DNA of 32,000 nt from Candidatus Nitrosopelagicus sp. (GTDB taxonomy: Archaea; Thermoproteota; Nitrososphaeria; Nitrososphaerales; Nitrosopumilaceae), in NCBI GenBank assembly GCA_028345195.1, contig JAOMCX010000001.1:73411-105410 (forward strand), read 5' to 3'. Positions 17,430 through 23,605 of the stretch are shown here, in pieces (position 1 is the first letter of the stretch; each line of letters begins with the position of its first letter). The notes under the pieces were generated by a model that was not told the origin of the DNA, ran no database searches, and saw only the letters and a list, made by a program, of their open reading frames with translations. A program made the translations under genes and the position numbers.

Positions 17430-18956
17430 ATGGTATTAGAATTACAAAAACCAAGACCAATCTGGCAAATTATGTTTTCAACGCATCATACTGATGTTGG
17501 TCTTCTTTACCTAATTACATCTCTAGCATTCATGTTCATGGGTGGAGCACTTGCTTTGTTACTTAGAGTTGAATTATTCAGTCCAGGTGTTCAAATAATC
17601 GCTGACTCTATGACATACAACAGAATCTTTACAGTTCATGGAACTACTTTGATTTTCTTATTCATCTTACCATCTGCATCTGCATTTGGAAATTATCTTG
17701 TCCCAATCATGGTTCGATTCAAAGACATGGCATATCCAAAATTAAATGCAGTAGCATTTTGGATGATACCACCAGCAGGCGCACTCATCTGGTTAGGATT
17801 TGCAGACTTCACTTGGTATGCATATCCAACATATTCTGTAATCAGTGCACCAGGTCCTGCAGCAGACATGTGGATATTTGGACTGAAAATTTTAGGTGTG
17901 TCTTCAATACTTGGTTCGATTAACTTTGTAGTTACAATAATGAAATGTAAACATCCTGATTTACCATTAAGTAAAATGCCGCTATTAGCTTGGGCATATC
18001 TCACATCTTCATTAATCACTTTAGTTGCAGTTCCAACATTTGCAGCGGCGTTGTTGATGTTACTTACAGATAGATTAGGTGCATCAGGATTCTTTAATCC
18101 TGCAATGGGTGGAGATCCAATTGCTTACCAACATTTGTTTTGGTTTACATTCCATCCGGAAGTATACATTTTGGTAATTCCTGCGATTGGTTTCATGTAT
18201 GAAATATTCCCGCGTTTCTCAAGAAAACCAATTTTCAGTCATAGCTCTGGAGTAGCCGCATTTACTTTACTAACAATTGTAGGATTTGCATCATGGGCTC
18301 ATCACATGTATGCAACCGGAATGTCATTTACAGAAAAGACTGTATTCATGGTTGGAACTCTAGCAGCAGTTCCAGCATCTGCAATGCACACATTCAACTT
18401 CTTAGCCACCATGTGGGGTGGAAGAATTAAGTTTGCAACCCCAATTATGTGGGCTGTAGGCGGAATTGCACTCTTCTTCTCGGCTGGAGCAGGTGGTGTA
18501 GTAAACAGTGCAATGCCATTAGACTTTATCACTCACGACTCTTACTGGGTAGTTGGACACTTCCACCTATTTGTAATGGGTACAATCCTCTTTGGTACAG
18601 TAGGATTCGTTTACTACTTCTTCCCATACGTAACTGGAAGAATGTACAGTGAGGTTTTGGGCAAAGTCCACTTTATCTTATCTTTCGTAGGAACCGTTCT
18701 TGTATTCTTTACTCAACACATCTTGGGACTCTTTGGAATGCCAAGAAGAATTTATGATTATCCCCCAATTCCGGAATGGGTCCAAATGAACATAATAATT
18801 TCAATTGGCGCATTCATCATCGGTATCGGTATGGCAATCTTCCTTGTGAACTTAATTTGGAGTTCTGCAAAAGGAAAACCAGCAGATATGGATGATCCAT
18901 TTGGCTTAGGCGGAAAATATTACTTCCCATATCAGGCAAAGAACCCATCACATTAG
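17430..18956 (+). CDS. coxA: Haem-copper oxidase subunit I
   Basis: 508 aa and 12 or more hydrophobic helices. Contains WFTFHPEVYILVIP, WAHHMY and GHFHLF, the haem and CuB ligand contexts. Confidence 0.95.
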   Translation: MVLELQKPRPIWQIMFSTHHTDVGLLYLITSLAFMFMGGALALLLRVELFSPGVQIIADSMTYNRIFTVHGTTLIFLFILPSASAFGNYLVPIMVRFKDMAYPKLNAVAFWMIPPAGALIWLGFADFTWYAYPTYSVISAPGPAADMWIFGLKILGVSSILGSINFVVTIMKCKHPDLPLSKMPLLAWAYLTSSLITLVAVPTFAAALLMLLTDRLGASGFFNPAMGGDPIAYQHLFWFTFHPEVYILVIPAIGFMYEIFPRFSRKPIFSHSSGVAAFTLLTIVGFASWAHHMYATGMSFTEKTVFMVGTLAAVPASAMHTFNFLATMWGGRIKFATPIMWAVGGIALFFSAGAGGVVNSAMPLDFITHDSYWVVGHFHLFVMGTILFGTVGFVYYFFPYVTGRMYSEVLGKVHFILSFVGTVLVFFTQHILGLFGMPRRIYDYPPIPEWVQMNIIISIGAFIIGIGMAIFLVNLIWSSAKGKPADMDDPFGLGGKYYFPYQAKNPSH

Positions 18957-18965
18957 GATAACAAA

Positions 18966-19949
18966 ATGACACAAGAACAACAACAACACGATCCAATTTA
19001 CAGAACAACACCTGAACGTACAACCAAGATGATGGTTATCATGTTGGGAATCTGTATCGCAGGTGGTGGAATTTTCTTTGGAATGTGGGATTATTGGATT
19101 TCCATGCCTCCACCAGCAGGTCTCTTAACTGGAGATGTTGGAGATGATCATGGTGGTTCTGATAAAGGCTCAGGTTCAGTAGTTTTAACTGGAGTAGAAA
19201 TCAATTCATCATTAGCATTTATTGAAAGTAGTGACTTTCGAGTTTTAGCGTTTAATGCACTGCCCGGAGAAGAAGGTGCAAACCCAACTATCAACGCAAA
19301 CGTTGGTGATAAAATCATCTTTGATATAGTGAATGATGGTAAATCTTTCCACGCATTTGGTGTTACTTCAGATGAAGAAGGATTTGGAAATCTCTACCCC
19401 GGTTCTGAAGTTGCATCTATGAACGAACCTCTAAAACCTGGTGAAGGCGGAGTCTCAGAATTCATTCCAACCGAACCTGGTACATACTACTACATTTGTA
19501 CAGTTCCAGGTCACAGAATGCAAGGAATGGTTGGTGAAATTATTGTAACTGGTGCAGGTGCCCCAGCAGCTGCAGCCCCACCAACTGGTGTATCTCATGA
19601 CATAACATTTGACTTTGTAGAAAGTAGTGACTTTAGAACTCTAGCATTTGATGCATTACCTGGAGAAGAAGGTAGCAATCCTGAAGTCCGTGTAAACTCT
19701 GGTGATGAAGTAACAATTACTACAAATAATGTAGGAAAATCTTTCCACGCATTTGGTGTTGTCTCAAATCCTGATGATTTCAATAGTATTATTTTTGATT
19801 CTGCTATTGCAGCAGCAACTAACCCTCTAAAACCTGGTGAATCTGGCTCGGTAACATTCCTAGCAGGTGCACCTGGTACATACTACTACATCTGTACAGT
19901 TCCAGGACATGCATTACAAGGTATGCAAGGTTCATTCATTGTAGAGTAA
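18966..19949 (+). CDS. Membrane-anchored tandem type-1 (blue) copper protein with two plastocyanin-like domains
   Basis: 327 aa with an N-terminal TM helix. Both domains carry KSFHAFGV and PGTYYYICTVPGH(R/A)(M/L)QGM, a complete His/Cys/His/Met ligand set. They are joined by the Ala/Pro linker GAGAPAAAAPPTG. Confidence 0.9.
   Translation: MTQEQQQHDPIYRTTPERTTKMMVIMLGICIAGGGIFFGMWDYWISMPPPAGLLTGDVGDDHGGSDKGSGSVVLTGVEINSSLAFIESSDFRVLAFNALPGEEGANPTINANVGDKIIFDIVNDGKSFHAFGVTSDEEGFGNLYPGSEVASMNEPLKPGEGGVSEFIPTEPGTYYYICTVPGHRMQGMVGEIIVTGAGAPAAAAPPTGVSHDITFDFVESSDFRTLAFDALPGEEGSNPEVRVNSGDEVTITTNNVGKSFHAFGVVSNPDDFNSIIFDSAIAAATNPLKPGESGSVTFLAGAPGTYYYICTVPGHALQGMQGSFIVE
19179..19946 (+). repeat. Internal tandem duplication (two cupredoxin-domain units, about 19179-19550 and 19587-19946)
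   Basis: Patches are near-identical at DNA level. Examples: gaaagtagtgacttt, cctggagaagaaggt, aaatctttccacgcatttggtgtt, cctctaaaacctggtgaa and cctggtacatactactacat(t/c)tgtacagttccagg. Confidence 0.8.
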
Positions 19950-19950
19950 T

Positions 19951-20394
19951 TTGATTCTAAAATATCTCGCATTAACATCTCTTGTAATCTTATACTCACT
20001 CATGTTTGTTGGTGGGTACATTTCTGCTGCAGGACTAGGTCTGACATGTCCTGAATGGCCATTATGTCCTAACGGTGTAATGCCAAATGATGAATATTTC
20101 ATTGAATGGATTCATAGAACAGTTGCAGCAACAACAGGTCTCTTAATTTTAGCAACCACAATTGGTGTTTGGATAAATAAGGATGCAGGAAGAAAAGTCA
20201 AGTTTACAAGCGGATTTGCAAGCGCTCTAGTAGTCACTCAAATCACACTTGGTGCTCTTGTAATTGATACTCAATTGCATGCAGTACTAGTTGCAGTTCA
20301 TCTAGGTATTGGAATACTACTATTTGCAATGACTCTACTTACTGTATTATTTGTATTTAGACTTGGAAAGCAAGTAATAGAAACTAAAATTTAG
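19951..20394 (+). CDS. ctaA: Compact four-helix haem A synthase (CtaA/Cox15 half-size archaeal form)
   Basis: 147 aa and 4 hydrophobic helices. It carries the Cys pair motif GLTCPEWPLCPNG and His residues in EWIHR and AVHLG. The TTG start lies 1 nt after the upstream stop. Confidence 0.7.
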   Translation: MILKYLALTSLVILYSLMFVGGYISAAGLGLTCPEWPLCPNGVMPNDEYFIEWIHRTVAATTGLLILATTIGVWINKDAGRKVKFTSGFASALVVTQITLGALVIDTQLHAVLVAVHLGIGILLFAMTLLTVLFVFRLGKQVIETKI

Positions 20395-20908
20395 ATCGTT
20401 TTTTTAGTATTCTAGGAACATAAACAATACCTACAACTCCTCCAAAAATTAATCCACCTGCAGCAATTGCTCCTATGAAAACATAACCAAATGGTGATTG
20501 TGTGCTTATGTTGAATGTAAATGTCAAAACTCCTCCGTCTTCTGCAACATCATACAAGTCTATACGAAATATATGATTTCCTGACTCTTCAAAGAAAAAA
20601 TCTTTTTCCATATGTCCACTATCATAAGACTCTGGTCTCCATGTGATTATTTGTTCATCATTGTAAAAAATTCTGTTTCCCATCATAAATCGATCAACTT
20701 CTTGACCATCTTGATCTGTAACCCTGATCAAAATTTGTGATCTCTCGCCAATTTGTGGAAATTCTGGTTGAGTTGCGATCTGAACTCGATAATCACCTAA
20801 TGTTTGTTCAGATGAATTAAACAATGAATGTCCATATGCATCCGTTGTTGCTGTGATCGATACGAAAAGTAACGGTAAAATGAAAAGGATCCTTAAACTT
20901 TCATTCAT
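20384..20908 (-). CDS. Secreted, C-terminally membrane-anchored beta-rich protein; possible copper-handling protein
   Basis: I place the start at ATG 20908 (MNESLRILFILPLLFVSITATTDAYG/HSLF...). It has a signal-peptide-like N-terminus, a C-terminal TM helix and a basic tail (KKRSKF). It is convergent with ctaA and overlaps it by 11 nt. Confidence 0.5.
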   Translation of the reverse strand: MNESLRILFILPLLFVSITATTDAYGHSLFNSSEQTLGDYRVQIATQPEFPQIGERSQILIRVTDQDGQEVDRFMMGNRIFYNDEQIITWRPESYDSGHMEKDFFFEESGNHIFRIDLYDVAEDGGVLTFTFNISTQSPFGYVFIGAIAAGGLIFGGVVGIVYVPRILKKRSKF

Positions 20909-20972
20909 CACAATTGATTGTCCGCCGATCAATATATTGTAAATCAAAAACTTTGTTGAAAATCGTGTAAAG

Positions 20973-20980
20973 CTTTAAAT
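20973..20980 (+). promoter_or_regulatory. TATA box for a leaderless SRPBCC gene
   Basis: AAAGCTTTAAATCC. The box starts 29 nt before ATG 21002. Confidence 0.5.
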
Positions 20981-21001
20981 CCTCTCTGAAAAGAGTCACA
21001 A

Positions 21002-21604
21002 ATGTTGACTGTAGTTAAGAAATCAATCGACATCAAAGCACCAGTAGACACTGTGTTTACCTATTTTGCAAGACCAGAACATGTTTCTGATCAAATGTCT
21101 GAAAAAGGCGTTGGCATGACTGTCATTCCTATGGATATTAAAGCAGGAATGGGTGTAGGAACAACATTCAGAGTAATTGGTGACTTTAGCGGAAAAAGAC
21201 TAGAATGGGATTGTGAGACAACCGAATTTGTTAGAGGTGAAAAAATCTCTGCAAAACAAATTAAAGGTAAATTCAAGAGATGGGAAATTACAACCGAATT
21301 CAAAGAACTCTCCGATAATCTTACAAATGTTAGCATGACTGTTGACTATGAAATGCCATTAGGTCCACTAGGCAATATTTTAGACAAAGTAAAGTTTGCA
21401 AAATCTGCTGAAAATGGACTTGAAACAGCACTTTTCAAAGTAAGAGGTCTCTTAGAAGGAAATGGCTCAATTCCGGTTTACATCACATTAGATGCATACC
21501 AAAAACTCCTAGCAGAAAAGAAAAAGATGAACAATGTTCCAGTTTCAACTGTACTTACTGCAATTCTTGAGAAGTTCGAACAAGAACCAGAACTCAAAAA
21601 CTAA
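21002..21604 (+). CDS. SRPBCC (START/Bet v1-like ligand-binding) protein with a C-terminal ribbon-helix-helix-like tail
   Basis: The N-terminal 145 aa or so show KSIDIKAPVDTVFTYFARPEH, a typical SRPBCC opening. The C-terminus IPVYITLDAYQKLLAEKKKMNNVPVSTVLTAILEKF has a strand-helix-helix pattern. Confidence 0.6.
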   Translation: MLTVVKKSIDIKAPVDTVFTYFARPEHVSDQMSEKGVGMTVIPMDIKAGMGVGTTFRVIGDFSGKRLEWDCETTEFVRGEKISAKQIKGKFKRWEITTEFKELSDNLTNVSMTVDYEMPLGPLGNILDKVKFAKSAENGLETALFKVRGLLEGNGSIPVYITLDAYQKLLAEKKKMNNVPVSTVLTAILEKFEQEPELKN

Positions 21605-21616
21605 TCATATCCCAAG

Positions 21617-21624
21617 TTTAAATA
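21617..21624 (+). promoter_or_regulatory. TATA box of tRNA-Lys
   Basis: TTTAAATA, starting 36 nt before the mature tRNA 5' end. Confidence 0.45.
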
Positions 21625-21652
21625 ATAACATCATTTTTTCATATCTTTGTGT

Positions 21653-21726
21653 GGGTCTATGGCGCAGCCAGGTAGCGCACCGGACTCTTAATCCGGTTGT
21701 CGAGGGTTCGAATCCCTCTAGACCCG
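21653..21726 (+). tRNA. tRNA-Lys (anticodon CTT)
   Basis: GGGTCTA TG GCGC AGCCAGGTA GCGC A CCGGA CTCTTAA TCCGG TTGTC GAGGG TTCGAAT CCCTC TAGACCC G. Confidence 0.95.
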
Positions 21727-22284
21727 CTATTGTAATTTCCGCAATAAAGTAAATCTAACTTGTTCAGGTTCTATCTCTTCATGCATGTTGACGTTGCTTA
21801 CAACTTTTACTTTGTAATTCAACCATCTTTTTAGCATGTTTCTAAATTTCATTTCATCATTTATCACATCTTCAGTTTCTCCGAATAATTCACAATTTAC
21901 AATATATTTTTTGGCTACACGAAACATCTCGCTAACACCCTTATCCAGAGTATCGTCATCAAGATAATTCAATAACTTATGTGTAAAAATAAAATCAACT
22001 GATGCATCTTCAAAAGGTAATTTTCTAATATTTTCTCTGTGAAATTTTCCCTTAGGGATATTTTTTCTAGCTAAGTCTAATGCATGTTCATTCAAATCAA
22101 CTCCATGTATCTCAAACGAATCATCAAATTTTCTTAAATCAATTCCTGTTCCACAACCAATTTCTAAAATACTTGTACAATGTAATGATCTTGCAAGATC
22201 TGTTAAAAATTTTGTAAATTCTTCATTGTTACGTGATTCATTTTCATCAGCATATTTGTTCCAAAATTCTTTATCATAATTCAA
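21727..22284 (-). CDS. Class I SAM-dependent methyltransferase
   Basis: 185 aa with motif I ILEIGCGTGIDL. No in-frame ATG precedes motif I, so the only start is TTG 22284. Its stop codon abuts the tRNA-Lys 3' end. Confidence 0.8.
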   Translation of the reverse strand: MNYDKEFWNKYADENESRNNEEFTKFLTDLARSLHCTSILEIGCGTGIDLRKFDDSFEIHGVDLNEHALDLARKNIPKGKFHRENIRKLPFEDASVDFIFTHKLLNYLDDDTLDKGVSEMFRVAKKYIVNCELFGETEDVINDEMKFRNMLKRWLNYKVKVVSNVNMHEEIEPEQVRFTLLRKLQ

Positions 22285-22290
22285 TTTATT

Positions 22291-22461
22291 TCACTTTCCA
22301 TGAGAACATTTGCATGAAATCAACTTTGTATCAAATGTACATTCATGGGGTCCTTCAGATTTTGCATTAACTGGCATTTCTTTCATACATTCTTCATGTC
22401 TACCCTTTTTACAAAACCAACATATCTTGGATATCTCATCTGATACTGAGCAATCGTCCAT
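22291..22461 (-). CDS. Cys/His-rich mini-protein (56 aa), putative zinc-binding; absent from the ORF track (under 60 aa)
   Basis: Hand translation: MDDCSVSDEISKICWFCKKGRHEECMKEMPVNAKSEGPHECTFDTKLISCKCSHGK. It has 7 Cys and 3 His, including CWFC and CKCSH. A TATA-like AGATATATCTT lies 17-27 nt upstream. Confidence 0.4.
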   Translation of the reverse strand: MDDCSVSDEISKICWFCKKGRHEECMKEMPVNAKSEGPHECTFDTKLISCKCSHGK

Positions 22462-22493
22462 ATGTTCTCTAAACTTTTAAGATATATCTAATT

Positions 22494-23408
22494 TTAGATG
22501 AATTTTAACCATGAGCGGAATTTCTTATTTTTACCCATTACTGTGTCCATGAATAATTCTTGTAATTCTTTTGTAAATTCACCAATTTTTCCATCTCCAA
22601 TTTTTGTCTTATTGACACGAGTAACTGACTTTACTTCAGCAGCAGTTCCTGTCATAAAAATTTCATCAGCTTTTAGAAGATCATTAATTTTTAGATTTTT
22701 TTCAATAACTTTGCTTTTCTTTGACTTGAGAAGTTTTATTGCTGAATCTCTTGTTATTCCATCTAGTATGTCTGCATCCAATGGTGGTGTAGTAATTTTT
22801 CCATTTTTAACTACAAAAATATTTTCTGCACTTCCTTCTGCAACGTATCCTTTGTTGTTAAGCATGATTGCTTCATCATATCCTGCATTTAGTGCCTCCA
22901 TTCTAGCCAATGCAGCATTTGAATAATTCGCTGCAGATTTTGCTTGCATAGGTTGTGATTTTGAATCAATTCTTATCCATTTTGAAATTTTACATTTTGC
23001 TCCTGAATATTTTCCTGCCTTTGATTCTCCCATTTTCCATTCCCAACATGAAATCGAAACATCAACTTTGTTATTTGTTGGAGTAAGTCCCATTGTTCCA
23101 TACCCATAATATGCTAATGGTCTGATGTAGCATTGTTTCAGTTTATTTGCTTTTACCGTTTTTATTATTCCATCATTAATTTTTTTATTTGAATATGGCA
23201 TTTTCATAGAATACATTTTTGCAGAATTGAAAAATCTGTCAACATGTTCCGGTAATCGAAAAATTGCTGAACCCTCTGGGGTATCATAACATCTAATCCC
23301 CTCAAATATTGAAGTTGAATAGTGTAATGCATGTGTTAAAACATGTACTTTGGCATTTTTGAAAGGAACTAATTTTCCATTCATCCAAATCTTGCCTGTT
23401 TCTTTCAT
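22494..23408 (-). CDS. ilvE: Branched-chain amino acid aminotransferase (class IV PLP enzyme)
   Basis: Contains FEGIRCY and EHVDRFFNSAK in a class IV fold pattern. I place the start at ATG 23408 (MKETGKIW...), which sits 30 nt below a TATA box. Confidence 0.85.
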   Translation of the reverse strand: MKETGKIWMNGKLVPFKNAKVHVLTHALHYSTSIFEGIRCYDTPEGSAIFRLPEHVDRFFNSAKMYSMKMPYSNKKINDGIIKTVKANKLKQCYIRPLAYYGYGTMGLTPTNNKVDVSISCWEWKMGESKAGKYSGAKCKISKWIRIDSKSQPMQAKSAANYSNAALARMEALNAGYDEAIMLNNKGYVAEGSAENIFVVKNGKITTPPLDADILDGITRDSAIKLLKSKKSKVIEKNLKINDLLKADEIFMTGTAAEVKSVTRVNKTKIGDGKIGEFTKELQELFMDTVMGKNKKFRSWLKFI

Positions 23409-23430
23409 ATCGGGCAAAACTCATCTCGTA

Positions 23431-23438
23431 ATTTAAAC
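23431..23438 (-). promoter_or_regulatory. TATA box for leaderless ilvE
   Basis: The minus strand reads GTTTAAAT and starts 30 nt upstream of ATG 23408. Confidence 0.5.
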
Positions 23439-23474
23439 AATCACGCCTGAATCCCTATACTATAGATAGATCAT

Positions 23475-23482
23475 ATTAAATA
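23475..23482 (+). promoter_or_regulatory. TATA-like box in front of the orphan GC-rich unit
   Basis: ATTAAATA. Applying the spacing of the other promoters here (28-32 nt) places the transcription start at about 23499-23507. Confidence 0.3.
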
Positions 23483-23498
23483 ATCTTCATGTTCTATT

Positions 23499-23605
23499 AT
23501 GATCAAGCGTGTTTTGGGTAACGCCGGACTGATTCTAGAAGATGGTCCAAGAACAAACCCACCTTGGCACTACTGGTCACACGACCTTTAGCGCCAAACT
23601 GGTTT
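23499..23605 (+). other. Orphan GC-rich unit: candidate structured small RNA or a 30-aa peptide gene (23499-23591)
   Basis: About 100 nt at roughly 50% GC by eye, inside an AT-rich spacer. Short hairpins are GGAC/GTCC, CCAAG/CTTGG and GGTC/GACC. The unit ends at GGTTTT. It also reads as the ORF MIKRVLGNAGLILEDGPRTNPPWHYWSHDL. Confidence 0.3.

Noticed and set aside
22285-22293. TGA between the Cys-rich ORF and the methyltransferase as a selenocysteine codon
   Set aside because: No SECIS-like hairpin is evident downstream, and nothing in the window suggests Sec machinery. Coupled reinitiation at the TTG is simpler. Read-through is kept only as a minor alternative in the finding.
23499-23605. 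Identity of the GC-rich unit as 5S rRNA, a tRNA, a C/D-box sRNA, or a TPP or fluoride riboswitch
   Set aside because: It is too short for 5S rRNA and lacks the conserved loop sequences. There is no T-loop (GTTCRANY) or cloverleaf. AUGAUCA and CUGG are only imperfect C and D boxes, and the spacing is wrong (about 20 nt against 12 nt guides). The riboswitch core motifs are absent. It is kept only as an unclassified candidate.
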